64,000 nucleotides of DNA, taken from sequence record NC_028847.1; one strand, given 5' to 3'. Origin of the DNA: Escherichia phage QL01. This document shows positions 1-9,636 of the stretch, in pieces. The notes below the pieces were generated by a model that was given only the letters and a program-made list of their open reading frames with translations, had not been told where the DNA came from and did not search any database. Positions within the stretch are counted from its first letter, which is position 1, and the number at the start of each line of letters is the position of its first letter. A program made the translations under genes and the position numbers.

Positions 1-1
1 T

Positions 2-1858
2 CAGATTACTAATGAAGTTGAACTGGTCGACTTATTTGGAGGTCCTAATAACGAAGTTGCTGATTACTTCATGTCGGGTATGAACTTCCTCCAGTATGGT
101 AACGACCTTCGTACTGTTCGTGTTGTTAACCGTGAATTCGCTAAAAACGCGTCTCCGGTAGCGGGTAACGTCCAAACCACTATTACTACTGCAGGTTCTA
201 ACTATGCGGTAGGCGATAAAATTAATATCAAATATAACCAGACTGTTGTTGAATCTGAAGGTCGTGTGACTTCTGTAGATACGGATGGTAAAATTCTTTC
301 CGTGTTTATCCCATCAGCAAAAATTATTGCTTATGCACGTTCTTTAAACCAGTATCCGAACCTCGGCCCGGCATGGACTGCTGAAGTAACTTCTGCCTCT
401 TCAGGTGTTTCTGGTACTATTACCGTTGGTAAAATCGTAACCGATTCCGGTATTCTTTTGACCGAAGCAGAGAACAGTGAAGAAGCTATTACTTCCCTAG
501 AATTCCAAGCGTCTCTTAAACAGTTTGGTATGCCTGGCGTGGTCGCTCTTTATCCTGGTGAAATTGGCAGCACCTTAGAAGTAGAAATTGTTTCTAAAGC
601 AGCTTATGATGTCGGTTCTTCTAAAATGCTGGATATTTATCCTGGCGGTGGTACCCGTGCTTCTATTGCCAAGGCAGTATTTAACTACGGCCCACAAACA
701 GATGACCAATACGCAATTATTGTTCGTCGTGATGGCGCTATCGTAGAATCTGTCGTACTTTCTACCAAAGAAGGTGAAAAAGACGTTTACGGTAATAACA
801 TTTATCTTGACGACTATTTCGCTAAAGGTACTTCTAACTATATTTTTGCTACCTCTTTGAATTGGCCTAAAGGCTTCAGTGGTATCATCAATCTTATGGG
901 TGGTGTATCTGCTAACGATCAGGTTACTGCGAGTGATTTGATGCAGGGTTGGGATTTGTTTGCCGACCGTGAAGCACTCCATATTAACCTTTTGATTGCT
1001 GGTGCTGTTGCCGGTGAAGGTGATGAAGTTGCTTCTACCGTCCAGAAACACGTTGTTAGTATTGCTGATGAACGTCAGGATTGCTTGGCATTTATTTCTC
1101 CTCCTAAAGGACTGTTGGTTAACGTTCCATTGACTCGTGCAGTAGATAATCTTATCGACTGGCGTACCGGTGCAGGTACTTTCGATACCAACAACATGAA
1201 CATTAGCACCACTTATGCTGCTATTGATGGTAACTATAAATATCAGTATGACAAATATAATGACGTAAACCGTTGGGTGCCTCTGGCCGCTGATATGGCT
1301 GGTTTGTGTGCACGTACTGATGATGTTTCTCAGCCTTGGATGTCTCCGGCAGGTTATAACCGTGGCCAGATTCTTAACGTTCTGAAATTGGCAATTGAAC
1401 CGCGCCAAGCTCAACGTGACCGCATGTACCAAGAAGCTATTAACCCAGTTGTTGGTTTTGCTGGTGGCGATGGTTTCGTATTGTTTGGTGATAAGACTGC
1501 AACCAAAGTTCCATCTCCGATGGACCACATTAACGTTCGCCGTCTGTTCAACATGCTTAAGAAAAATATCGGTGATGCCTCTAAATATAAACTGTTTGAA
1601 TTGAACGACAACTTCACTCGTTCAAGCTTCCGTATGGAAGTTTCTCAGTACTTAGATGGTATTAAGGCACTTGGTGGGATTTATGAAGGACGCGTGGTTT
1701 GTGATACTACAGTGAACACCCCTGCGGTTATTGACCGTAACGAGTTTATTGCTAATATATACATCAAACCGGCGAGATCGATAAATTATATCACTCTTAA
1801 TTTCGTGGCTACTTCTACCGGTGCAGATTTTGACGAGTTGATTGGACCACTAGTTTAA
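2..1858 (+). CDS. 18: tail sheath protein gp18 (5' partial; frame open to window start)
   Basis: ORF has no stop upstream of 71 back to position 2; long ORF immediately upstream of gp19 tail tube gene; T4 gene order. Confidence 0.85.
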   Translation, partial: QITNEVELVDLFGGPNNEVADYFMSGMNFLQYGNDLRTVRVVNREFAKNASPVAGNVQTTITTAGSNYAVGDKINIKYNQTVVESEGRVTSVDTDGKILSVFIPSAKIIAYARSLNQYPNLGPAWTAEVTSASSGVSGTITVGKIVTDSGILLTEAENSEEAITSLEFQASLKQFGMPGVVALYPGEIGSTLEVEIVSKAAYDVGSSKMLDIYPGGGTRASIAKAVFNYGPQTDDQYAIIVRRDGAIVESVVLSTKEGEKDVYGNNIYLDDYFAKGTSNYIFATSLNWPKGFSGIINLMGGVSANDQVTASDLMQGWDLFADREALHINLLIAGAVAGEGDEVASTVQKHVVSIADERQDCLAFISPPKGLLVNVPLTRAVDNLIDWRTGAGTFDTNNMNISTTYAAIDGNYKYQYDKYNDVNRWVPLAADMAGLCARTDDVSQPWMSPAGYNRGQILNVLKLAIEPRQAQRDRMYQEAINPVVGFAGGDGFVLFGDKTATKVPSPMDHINVRRLFNMLKKNIGDASKYKLFELNDNFTRSSFRMEVSQYLDGIKALGGIYEGRVVCDTTVNTPAVIDRNEFIANIYIKPARSINYITLNFVATSTGADFDELIGPLV

Positions 1859-1888
1859 GTTTACTTGCTCTAAGCTTTATGGTATAAT
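1859..1888 (+). promoter_or_regulatory. sigma70-type early promoter (GTTTAC-N18-TATAAT) whose -10 overlaps ATG of HNH ORF
   Basis: Motif read directly after gene 18 stop; coordinates approximate. Confidence 0.5.
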
Positions 1889-2543
1889 GCGCGTATACAC
1901 AATACGCGCAAGGATTTCTAAAGTGATTATTACTAAATTTGTTGATGTAAAAATAAATACTAACAATTACAGTTATTTCTTAGACTTAGGGTATGAGTTG
2001 GAACCTCTAGGAGCACCGAAGCATGGGCATAAGTGCCAAACTATTCGAGCAAAAGTTTCTGATTTAAAGGATGGTTCTAATAAAGAAGTTCAATGTATCT
2101 GCGATAAATGTGGCACAGAATTCAAACAAAGGATTGCTAGAAATACCGATGTATGTTATCCTTGTAGGCGTCATGAAGCTCTTATAGGTAACACCAACGG
2201 TAAAGCTAATAAAGGTAAAACTCTACCTCATATGCAAGGTGAAAACCATCCAAGATGGAACCCTAATAAATCTGAATACTTTGCTTATGCATCAAAGGTT
2301 AGAGCTGTTACTTATGCTTGTAAAGACGAGTGGATGGCTTGGGAAAATGCAGATAAAATAGGGTTATGTGGAGTTGAAGGTGCTTACCAATTAGACCATA
2401 AGGTTTCAGTAGCTTATGGATTCTATAACCATATCCCAGCAGAGATAATTGGACAATTATCAAATTTAGAAATAATCACTTGGGAATCCAATAGAGCTAA
2501 AAGTAAGTCTAGTTCAATAGACTTATGGGACTTACTATCCTAA
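1887..2543 (+). CDS. HNH homing endonuclease-like protein (CxxC...CxxC zinc finger plus HNH-type motif LDHK...N...)
   Basis: Translation contains C-x2-C ... C-x2-C and a His/Asn-rich C-terminal motif typical of phage HNH endonucleases; inserted between genes 18 and 19; true start uncertain (ATG 1887 or in-frame GTG ~1923). Confidence 0.65.
   Translation: MRVYTIRARISKVIITKFVDVKINTNNYSYFLDLGYELEPLGAPKHGHKCQTIRAKVSDLKDGSNKEVQCICDKCGTEFKQRIARNTDVCYPCRRHEALIGNTNGKANKGKTLPHMQGENHPRWNPNKSEYFAYASKVRAVTYACKDEWMAWENADKIGLCGVEGAYQLDHKVSVAYGFYNHIPAEIIGQLSNLEIITWESNRAKSKSSSIDLWDLLS
1889..1909 (+). promoter_or_regulatory. GC-rich perfect hairpin (GCGCGTAT-ACACA-ATACGCGC) inside first codons of HNH ORF
   Basis: 8-bp inverted repeat seen in sequence; could sequester translation start. 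Confidence 0.45.
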
Positions 2544-2687
2544 ATAAATTATATCTCCTTAATCTATTATCCCAGGCTGTAATATAAAGAACCTAAAACC
2601 ATTATACCATGAGTTTGGTTACAGCGTACATCACGCAGAATTGCGCCTGGGGTTGATTATTCTTTAGGAATATGATTTATCAACTGT

Positions 2688-2695
2688 TATAAATA
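2688..2695 (+). promoter_or_regulatory. late promoter TATAAATA (gene 19)
   Basis: Exact T4 late promoter consensus about 55 bp upstream of gene 19 ATG. Confidence 0.6.
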
Positions 2696-2708
2696 AATTA
2701 ATCAGAAC

Positions 2709-2729
2709 GTTCCTGGTGTGTCCAGGAAC
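2709..2729 (+). promoter_or_regulatory. hairpin (GTTCCTGG-TGTGT-CCAGGAAC) in gene 19 leader
   Basis: 8-bp perfect inverted repeat between late promoter and SD. Confidence 0.45.
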
Positions 2730-2747
2730 TGACTTAAGAGGCATCCC

Positions 2748-3239
2748 ATGGAGTTGACAGATATCACTCGTGCATTTGAGTCAGGTGACTTTGCACGCCC
2801 TAACCTTTTCGAAGTGGAAATTCCATTTCTTGGTAAAAACTTTAGCTTTAAATGTAAAGCAGCACCAATGCCTGCTGGCATTGTAGAAAAAGTACCGGTT
2901 GGCTACATGAACCGTAAAATTAACGTAGCTGGTGACCGTACGTTTGATGATTGGACAATTACCATTTATAACGATGATGCACATGACACCCGTCAAGCAA
3001 TTGTCGATTGGCAGAATCTCTGTCACGGTATGACCAATGAAATTACCGGTGCAGCACCTGCAGAATATAAGAAACAAGCAGTAGTTCGCCAGTTCCATCG
3101 TGACGGCAAGACTGTGACCAAAGAAGTTACAATTTACGGCTTATGGCCTACTAACGTTGGTGAAGTCCAGATGGACTGGGACTCGAATAACGAGGTAGAA
3201 ACATTTGAAAGCACATTTGCTATTGACTGGTGGGAATAA
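2748..3239 (+). CDS. 19: tail tube protein gp19
   Basis: 163 aa, near-identical blocks to T4 gp19 (TRAFESGDFARPNLF..., LWPTNVGE...DWDSNNE). Confidence 0.96.
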   Translation: MELTDITRAFESGDFARPNLFEVEIPFLGKNFSFKCKAAPMPAGIVEKVPVGYMNRKINVAGDRTFDDWTITIYNDDAHDTRQAIVDWQNLCHGMTNEITGAAPAEYKKQAVVRQFHRDGKTVTKEVTIYGLWPTNVGEVQMDWDSNNEVETFESTFAIDWWE

Positions 3240-3268
3240 GTTTTTACTTTTATAGCAAATTATGATAG

Positions 3269-3276
3269 TATAAATA
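3269..3276 (+). promoter_or_regulatory. late promoter TATAAATA (GIY-YIG endonuclease gene)
   Basis: Consensus motif about 30 bp upstream of ATG 3307. Confidence 0.55.
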
Positions 3277-3306
3277 CATTCAAACAATGAAGTCAAGGAG
3301 TTTAGA

Positions 3307-3888
3307 ATGTATTGTACTTACTTAACCATATACACGGGGTCTAAACTACCCCGTCGTTATATTGGCTCAACATACGTTGAAAGGATTCTCAAAGAAGGAT
3401 ATAATGGTTCTGTATTATCCCAAGCATATAAAAAGATTTGGAATCTAGAACGTAAAGAAAATCCGCACCTTTTCAAAACCAGAATTTTATCTTTATTTGA
3501 AACCGATAAAGAAGCTCGTATAGCTGAGAAAGAGCTTCAAATAAAGTATAATGTAGTTAAATCTAAAAACTATATAAATATGTCATTAGCTCAGCCTGAC
3601 GGGTTCTTTGGAATGTCTCGTAAAGGGATTCCAATGAGTGAACATGCCAAACAGCTACAAAGAGATTGTAGGTTAGGTAAAAAGAGGCCTGAACATTCTA
3701 AAGCTCTAAAAGGACGTAAGCGACCAGACCAAGCCAAAGCTATGTCTGGTGAAGGTAATCCGATGTTTGGTAAAGAACATCCGGCTAAAGGCAAAAAGAT
3801 TAATCAGCCAAGGATGATTTGCCCTATCTGTGGTGTTGAATCAACTCGTTCGGCTATAACACGTTATCACAAACATGAAAATGAATGA
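3307..3888 (+). CDS. GIY-YIG (Seg-like) homing endonuclease
   Basis: N-terminal YLTIY...RRYIGST matches GIY-x10-YIG motif; basic C-terminal DNA-binding region; preceded by TATAAATA and AAGGAG SD. Confidence 0.7.
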   Translation: MYCTYLTIYTGSKLPRRYIGSTYVERILKEGYNGSVLSQAYKKIWNLERKENPHLFKTRILSLFETDKEARIAEKELQIKYNVVKSKNYINMSLAQPDGFFGMSRKGIPMSEHAKQLQRDCRLGKKRPEHSKALKGRKRPDQAKAMSGEGNPMFGKEHPAKGKKINQPRMICPICGVESTRSAITRYHKHENE

Positions 3889-3889
3889 G

Positions 3890-3897
3890 TATAAATA
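3890..3897 (+). promoter_or_regulatory. late promoter TATAAATA (gene 20)
   Basis: Consensus motif immediately after endonuclease stop. Confidence 0.55.
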
Positions 3898-3905
3898 GAA
3901 TTATC

Positions 3906-3923
3906 AAGGAGCTTCGGCTCCTT
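3906..3923 (+). terminator. UUCG-tetraloop hairpin (AAGGAGC-UUCG-GCUCCUU) between endonuclease gene and gene 20
   Basis: Perfect 7-bp stem with UUCG loop seen in sequence. Confidence 0.5.
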
Positions 3924-3945
3924 ATCCCATTCATCGGAGACTCTA

Positions 3946-5520
3946 ATGGCAAACTTTAATACAATATTAAGTTTTCTTAAGCCATGGGCTAATGAAGACG
4001 AAAAAGAATATAAACAACAAATTAATAACAATTTAGAGTCTGTCACCGCACCTAAGCTTGATGATGGCGCTCGCGAAATTGAGACACAAGAGCAAAATAT
4101 TCCTTATAATGCTCTTATGCAACAGATGTTTGGTAGTAATGAGCCTGAAGTTAAAAATACCAGGGAACTTATTGATACCTACCGTAATTTAATGAACAAC
4201 TATGAAGTCGACAACGCCGTACAGGAAATTGTGTCTGACGCTATTGTCTATGAGGATGATAAAGAAGTAGTTGCATTGAATTTAGACGGGACAGAATTTA
4301 GTCAAGCAATTAAAGATAAAATCTTGGCCGAATTCAGTGAAGTTTTAAACCTTTTAAATTTCCAACGTAAAGGTACTGACCATTTCCAACGCTGGTATGT
4401 AGACTCAAGAATTTTCTTTCATAAAATTATAAACCCTAAAAAAATGAAAGATGGCGTACAAGAGCTTCGTCGCTTAGACCCACGCCAAGTCCAATATATT
4501 CGTGAAATCGTTACACGTATGGAAGATGGCGTTAAAGTTGTAGACGGATATCGCGAGTTTTTCGTTTATGATACAGGCCATGAAAGTTATTGCGCTGATG
4601 GACGCATTTATTCAGCCGGGACTAAAGTTAAAATTCCTCGTGCTGCAGTGGTTTATGCTCATTCTGGATTATTAGATTGTTGTGGTAAAAACATCATTGG
4701 CTATTTGCAACGTGCTATTAAGCCTGCAAACCAGCTTAAATTGATGGAAGACGCAATGGTCATCTACCGTATTACACGTGCTCCTGACCGTCGTGTGTTT
4801 TATATCGATACAGGTAATATGCCTTCACGTAAGGCTGCAGCACAAATGCAACATATCATGAACACGATGAAAAACCGTGTGGTGTATGATGCTTCGACAG
4901 GTAAAATTAAAAACCAACAACACAATATGTCCATGACTGAAGACTATTGGTTGCAACGTCGTGATGGTAAAGCGGTAACAGAAGTTGATACAATGCCAGG
5001 TGCTACTGGTATGAGTGATATGGATGACGTTCTTTATTTCCGCACAGCACTTTACCGTGCGTTGCGTGTTCCTGAATCACGTATCCCTAGCGAGTCTAAT
5101 TCTGGTGTTATGTTTGATGCCGGTACAGCAATCACTCGTGACGAATTAAAATTCTCTAAATGGATTCGTCAACTACAAAACAAATTTGAAGAAATTTTCC
5201 TAGACCCGTTAAAAACAAACCTCATTCTTAAAAAGATTATTACAGAAGATGAGTGGGAAAAGGAAATAAATAATATTAAAGTTACGTTTAACCGTGATAG
5301 CTATTTCAGTGAAATGAAAGATGCTGAAATCATGGAACGCAGAATCAATATGCTAACGATGGCTGAACCATTTATTGGTAAGTATATTTCACATCAAACG
5401 GCTATGAAAGATTTCCTCCAAATGACCGACGAAGAAATTAATCAAGAAGCTAAGCAAATTGAAGAAGAGTCTAAAGAGGCTCGTTTCCAAAACCCAGATG
5501 AAGAAGAAGAGGATTTCTAA
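3946..5520 (+). CDS. 20: portal vertex protein gp20
   Basis: 524 aa, same length as T4 gp20 as recalled; position after gene 19. Confidence 0.93.
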   Translation: MANFNTILSFLKPWANEDEKEYKQQINNNLESVTAPKLDDGAREIETQEQNIPYNALMQQMFGSNEPEVKNTRELIDTYRNLMNNYEVDNAVQEIVSDAIVYEDDKEVVALNLDGTEFSQAIKDKILAEFSEVLNLLNFQRKGTDHFQRWYVDSRIFFHKIINPKKMKDGVQELRRLDPRQVQYIREIVTRMEDGVKVVDGYREFFVYDTGHESYCADGRIYSAGTKVKIPRAAVVYAHSGLLDCCGKNIIGYLQRAIKPANQLKLMEDAMVIYRITRAPDRRVFYIDTGNMPSRKAAAQMQHIMNTMKNRVVYDASTGKIKNQQHNMSMTEDYWLQRRDGKAVTEVDTMPGATGMSDMDDVLYFRTALYRALRVPESRIPSESNSGVMFDAGTAITRDELKFSKWIRQLQNKFEEIFLDPLKTNLILKKIITEDEWEKEINNIKVTFNRDSYFSEMKDAEIMERRINMLTMAEPFIGKYISHQTAMKDFLQMTDEEINQEAKQIEEESKEARFQNPDEEEEDF

Positions 5521-5765
5521 TGGAAGATTTAATCGAAGCTATTAAATCAAACGACCTCGTAGCAGTTCGTAAAGCAGCAGCCCCGCTTATCGAATCTCGA
5601 GTAACCGCTTTGATTGAAGCCCGTAAAGCAGAAATTGCTCGCTCCGTTATGATTGAAGGCGAAGAAGCTGACGAAGATGACGAAGACGACGAAAAATCCG
5701 ATAAAGCAGATAAGAAAGACAAAAAAGAATCTGACGATGCGGATGATGACGAGGACGACGAATAA
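5520..5765 (+). CDS. 67: prohead core protein gp67
   Basis: 81 aa with highly acidic C-terminus (DEDDEDDE...), ATG overlaps gp20 stop; T4 order 20-67-68-21. Confidence 0.88.
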   Translation: MEDLIEAIKSNDLVAVRKAAAPLIESRVTALIEARKAEIARSVMIEGEEADEDDEDDEKSDKADKKDKKESDDADDDEDDE

Positions 5766-6193
5766 TGTTCCTTATCCCTGATGATTACGAATTAACTCTA
5801 GAAAGCGTAGAGGCCAAAATTCCAGAAGCACAGGGACGTTTTGCTGCTCTTTCTGAAGCGCTCGAGAAAAGCGATATAAATAATCTTGTAGAGAACATGA
5901 TTGCTGAAGGCGATATCGAATGTGCTATCGCTCTTGGTTCTTTAAATGAATCAATGGCTCTTAACGAATTTATCGTTAAACACGTTTCCTCTAAAGGTGA
6001 GCTTACTCGTACTAAAGATATTAAAACCCGTCAACGTAATGCGTTCCAAACGACAGGTTTATCTAAAGCAAAACGCCGTCAGATTGCTCGTAAAGCATCT
6101 AAAACCAAACGTGCTAATCCGTCTACTCAAGTACGTGCCGAACGTAAGCGTAAGAAAGCCCGTTCTAAACGTAAAGCTTTTGGACTTAACTAA
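5765..6193 (+). CDS. 68: prohead core protein gp68
   Basis: 142 aa, basic C-terminus, position between 67 and 21. Confidence 0.85.
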   Translation: MFLIPDDYELTLESVEAKIPEAQGRFAALSEALEKSDINNLVENMIAEGDIECAIALGSLNESMALNEFIVKHVSSKGELTRTKDIKTRQRNAFQTTGLSKAKRRQIARKASKTKRANPSTQVRAERKRKKARSKRKAFGLN

Positions 6194-6828
6194 TGAAACC
6201 TGAATTGCTCATCGAACATTGGGGACAACCAGGTGAAATTATCGATGGGGTTCCTATGTTGGAATCTCATGATGGAAAAAATTCTGGGCTTGCTCCCGGC
6301 CTTTATATAGAAGGCATTTTCATGCAAGCAGAGGTAGTTAACCGTAATAAACGCCTTTACCCAAAACCTATTTTGGAAAAAGCCGTTGCCGATTATATGG
6401 CAGAACAGGTTGCTACTAAACAAGCTTTAGGAGAATTAAACCACCCACCTCGTGCTAACGTTGACCCTATGCAAGCTGCTATCATTATTGAAGATATGTG
6501 GTGGAAAGGTAATGATGTTTATGGACGTGCACGTATCATCGAAGGTGACCATGGCCCTGGTGATAAACTAGCTGCAAATATCCGAGCTGGCTGGGTTCCT
6601 GGTGTTAGTTCTCGCGGTCTTGGTTCTTTAACTGAAACCAATAAAGGATATAAGCGTGTAAACGAAGGTTATAAATTAACCGTCGGTGTTGATGCAGTAT
6701 GGGGACCATCTGCTCCTGATGCTTATGTAACTCCGAAGCAAATTACAGAATCACAAACGGTAGAAACCGATACCAGTGCCGATGACGCCTTTATGGCTCT
6801 CGCAGAGGCCATGAAAAAAGCGTTATAA
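6193..6828 (+). CDS. 21: prohead core scaffold protein and protease gp21
   Basis: 211 aa, position and size match T4 gp21. Confidence 0.9.
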   Translation: MKPELLIEHWGQPGEIIDGVPMLESHDGKNSGLAPGLYIEGIFMQAEVVNRNKRLYPKPILEKAVADYMAEQVATKQALGELNHPPRANVDPMQAAIIIEDMWWKGNDVYGRARIIEGDHGPGDKLAANIRAGWVPGVSSRGLGSLTETNKGYKRVNEGYKLTVGVDAVWGPSAPDAYVTPKQITESQTVETDTSADDAFMALAEAMKKAL

Positions 6829-6831
6829 ATA
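6824..6831 (+). promoter_or_regulatory. late promoter TATAAATA (gene 22)
   Basis: Motif overlapping gp21 stop codon. Confidence 0.55.
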
Positions 6832-6858
6832 TTATTATCTAAACAACAGGACTACAAA

Positions 6859-7674
6859 ATGCTTAAAGAACAACTGATCGCCGAAGCACAGAATATTGAT
6901 GCTTCCGTTGCTCTTGACAGTATTTTCGAATCAGTTAATATTTCTCCGGAAGCAAAAGAAACTTTCGGCACTGTATTCGAAGCTACCGTCAAGCAACACG
7001 CCGTGAAACTGGCTGAATCTCACATCGCTAAAATCGCTGAAAAAGCGGAAGAAGAAGTCGAGAAAAATAAAGAAGAAGCTGAAGAAAAAGCCGATAAGAA
7101 AATCCAAGAAGCTGCCGGTCGTTTCCTTGACCACGTTGCTAAAGAATGGATGGCTGAAAACCAGCTGGCTGTTGATAAAGGTATTAAAGCCGAACTGTTC
7201 GAATCCATGTTGATGGGTATGAAAGAACTGTTTGTTGAACACAATGTGGTTGTTCCAGAAGAAGCAGTAGATGTTGTTGCTGAAATGGAAGAAGAACTCC
7301 AAGAGCAGAAAGATGAAACCGCTCGTCTGTTCGAAGAAGTTGGTAAGCGCGACGCGTATATTAATTACGTACAGCGTGAAGTTGCTGTTACGGAAGCAAC
7401 TAAAGACCTGACTGAATCCCAAAAAGAAAAAGTTAGTTCTCTGGTAGAAGGCATGGATTATTCCGATGCATTCGGTAGAAAAATTGGCGCTATTGTTGAA
7501 ATGGTTAAAGGTCAGTCTGACGTTGAAAACCCAATCACCGAAGCCGCTATAAATAAAAATGTAGACGATGCTGCGGCACTGAATTACATTTCAGAAGCAG
7601 TTGAAGAAAAAGGCGCTAAGCCTACCCTGTCCTTCGCGGACCTGTCTGCAATCGCAGCATCACGAATTTCTTAA
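6859..7674 (+). CDS. 22: prohead core scaffold protein gp22
   Basis: 271 aa, acidic coiled-coil-like protein preceding major capsid gene. Confidence 0.9.
   Translation: MLKEQLIAEAQNIDASVALDSIFESVNISPEAKETFGTVFEATVKQHAVKLAESHIAKIAEKAEEEVEKNKEEAEEKADKKIQEAAGRFLDHVAKEWMAENQLAVDKGIKAELFESMLMGMKELFVEHNVVVPEEAVDVVAEMEEELQEQKDETARLFEEVGKRDAYINYVQREVAVTEATKDLTESQKEKVSSLVEGMDYSDAFGRKIGAIVEMVKGQSDVENPITEAAINKNVDDAAALNYISEAVEEKGAKPTLSFADLSAIAASRIS
7548..7555 (+). promoter_or_regulatory. late promoter TATAAATA inside 3' end of gene 22 (gene 23 promoter)
   Basis: Motif within gene 22 coding sequence about 140 bp upstream of gene 23, as in T4. Confidence 0.5.
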
Positions 7675-7695
7675 TTTAATAAGGTTATACAACAC

Positions 7696-9255
7696 ATGAA
7701 AAAGAATGCATTAGTTCAAAAATGGTCCGCTCTGCTGGAAAACGAAGCCCTTCCTGAAATCGTGGGTGCTTCTAAACAAGCTATCATCGCTAAAATTTTC
7801 GAAAACCAGGAACAAGACATCCTGACTGCTCCGGAATACCGTGATGAAAAAATCTCTGAAGCATTTGGTTCTTTCCTGACCGAAGCTGAAATTGGTGGTG
7901 ACCACGGTTATGATGCTACCAATATCGCAGCTGGCCAGACTTCTGGTGCTGTAACTCAGATTGGGCCGGCAGTAATGGGTATGGTTCGTCGTGCTATTCC
8001 TCATCTGATTGCTTTTGATATTTGTGGTGTTCAGCCTCTGAATAACCCTACCGGCCAGGTATTTGCCCTTCGTGCAGTTTATGGTAAAGACCCTATCGCT
8101 TCTGGCGCTAAAGAAGCTTTCCATCCGATGTATTCTCCAGACGCTATGTTCTCTGGTCAGGGTGCTGCTGAAACTTTCGAAGCACTGGCTGCAAGCAAAG
8201 TTCTGGAAGTTGGTAAAATTTATTCTCACTTCTTCGAAGCTACCGGTGCTGCACACTTCCAGGCTGTCGAAGCCGTAACCGTTGATGCTGCTGCTACTGA
8301 TGCCGCTAAACTGGATGCTGCTGTTACCGCTTTGATTGAAGCTGGTAAGTTGGCTGAATTGGCTGAAGGTATGGCTACTTCTATCGCTGAACTTCAGGAA
8401 GGCTTTAACGGTTCTACCGATAACCCGTGGAACGAAATGGGCTTCCGCATCGACAAACAAGTTATCGAAGCTAAATCCCGTCAGCTGAAAGCAAGCTACT
8501 CTATCGAACTGGCACAGGACCTTCGTGCAGTACACGGTATGGATGCAGATGCTGAACTGTCCGGTATCCTTGCTACCGAAATTATGCTCGAAATCAACCG
8601 TGAAGTTATCGATTGGATTAACTACTCTGCACAGGTTGGTAAATCTGGTATGACCAACACCGTTGGCGCTAAAGCTGGTGTGTTTGACTTCCAGGACCCG
8701 ATTGATATCCGTGGTGCTCGTTGGGCCGGTGAGAGCTTTAAAGCCCTTCTGTTCCAGATTGATAAAGAAGCAGCCGAAATCGCTCGTCAGACCGGTCGTG
8801 GTGCTGGTAACTTCATCATCGCTTCCCGTAACGTAGTTAACGTACTGGCTGCAGTTGATACTTCTGTAAGTTATGCAGCTCAAGGTCTGGGTCAAGGTTT
8901 CAACGTTGACACAACCAAAGCAGTATTTGCCGGTGTTCTTGGTGGTAAATATCGCGTTTACATCGACCAGTATGCACGTTCCGATTACTTCACCATCGGT
9001 TATAAAGGCGCTAACGAAATGGACGCAGGTATCTACTATGCTCCGTACGTTGCACTGACCCCGCTGCGTGGTTCCGATCCGAAGAACTTCCAACCGGTAA
9101 TGGGCTTCAAAACTCGTTACGGTATCGGTATCAACCCGTTCGCTGACCCTGCTGCTCAGGCTCCTACCAAACGTATCCAGAATGGTATGCCTGACATCGT
9201 TAACAGCCTTGGTCTGAATGGTTACTTCCGTCGCGTATATGTTAAAGGTATCTAA
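7696..9255 (+). CDS. 23: major capsid protein gp23
   Basis: 519 aa; long stretches identical to T4 gp23 (SKQAIIAKIFENQE, AEIGGDHGY, TSGAVTQIGPAVMGMVRRAIP, YYAPYVALTPLRGSDPKNFQPVMGFKTRYGIGINPFA). Confidence 0.98.
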   Translation: MKKNALVQKWSALLENEALPEIVGASKQAIIAKIFENQEQDILTAPEYRDEKISEAFGSFLTEAEIGGDHGYDATNIAAGQTSGAVTQIGPAVMGMVRRAIPHLIAFDICGVQPLNNPTGQVFALRAVYGKDPIASGAKEAFHPMYSPDAMFSGQGAAETFEALAASKVLEVGKIYSHFFEATGAAHFQAVEAVTVDAAATDAAKLDAAVTALIEAGKLAELAEGMATSIAELQEGFNGSTDNPWNEMGFRIDKQVIEAKSRQLKASYSIELAQDLRAVHGMDADAELSGILATEIMLEINREVIDWINYSAQVGKSGMTNTVGAKAGVFDFQDPIDIRGARWAGESFKALLFQIDKEAAEIARQTGRGAGNFIIASRNVVNVLAAVDTSVSYAAQGLGQGFNVDTTKAVFAGVLGGKYRVYIDQYARSDYFTIGYKGANEMDAGIYYAPYVALTPLRGSDPKNFQPVMGFKTRYGIGINPFADPAAQAPTKRIQNGMPDIVNSLGLNGYFRRVYVKGI

Positions 9256-9270
9256 GATATAACCTTATTA

Positions 9271-9290
9271 TGGGAGACTTCGGTCTCCCA
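9271..9290. terminator. bidirectional UUCG-tetraloop hairpin terminator after gene 23 (UGGGAGAC-UUCG-GUCUCCCA)
   Basis: Perfect palindrome followed by T-rich tract; lies between convergent gene 23 and the minus-strand small ORF. Confidence 0.65.
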
Positions 9291-9304
9291 TTCTTGTTTC
9301 TGTA

Positions 9305-9571
9305 TTATGCAATCTTAACTCGGCGGTTGATGATATCACGGAAGTCAATACGATTTTCTTGGATTTTCAGCCAGTTACCAGATTTGTCTTTGGTATGGGT
9401 AGAGTATTCACCGTTCCACCAGAAGTCGGTAGCATAAGCCATGGCTTCGTATTTCTTAACTAAGGCATTCACTGCATTACCATTAGGATTGTTACCGAAT
9501 TTTTCTACCAGAGCTTTGATGTCTTTATCAAGAGCGGAAAGAGTAGTACGAATAAAGTTTAACTTGTTCAT
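9305..9571 (-). CDS. hypothetical protein (early-promoter small ORF antisense to capsid genes)
   Basis: ORF with GAGGAG SD before internal ATG (MNKLNFIRTT...); preceded on minus strand by GTTTAC-N18-TACTAT promoter; no recognisable family. Confidence 0.55.
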   Translation of the reverse strand: MNKLNFIRTTLSALDKDIKALVEKFGNNPNGNAVNALVKKYEAMAYATDFWWNGEYSTHTKDKSGNWLKIQENRIDFRDIINRRVKIA

Positions 9572-9600
9572 TTTTAATCTCCTCATGTTTTGATAGGTCT

Positions 9601-9630
9601 ATAGTAACATGTGAGAATCTTGCTGTAAAC
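9601..9630 (-). promoter_or_regulatory. early promoter GTTTAC-N18-TACTAT (drives 9305..9571 ORF)
   Basis: Motif on minus strand; same extended TACTATAGACCTATCAA pattern as other early promoters in window. Confidence 0.55.
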
Positions 9631-9636
9631 AACTTT

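Noticed and set aside
575-1528. 317-aa minus-strand ORF antisense to tail sheath gene
   Set aside because: Fully embedded in gp18 coding sequence on the opposite strand; no SD or promoter context.
2570-2652. Long-range inverted repeat (CCCAGGC ... GCCTGGG) in the 204-bp spacer after the HNH-like gene, considered as a possible structured RNA
   Set aside because: Only 7 bp of complementarity about 66 nt apart and no supporting conservation evidence; more likely chance or a remnant of the insertion junction.
7711-9093. 460-aa minus-strand ORF in the track, antisense to major capsid gene 23
   Set aside because: Lies entirely within the gp23 coding sequence, which has unambiguous homology; low-complexity translation; antisense ORFs of this kind are expected by chance in a long gene.
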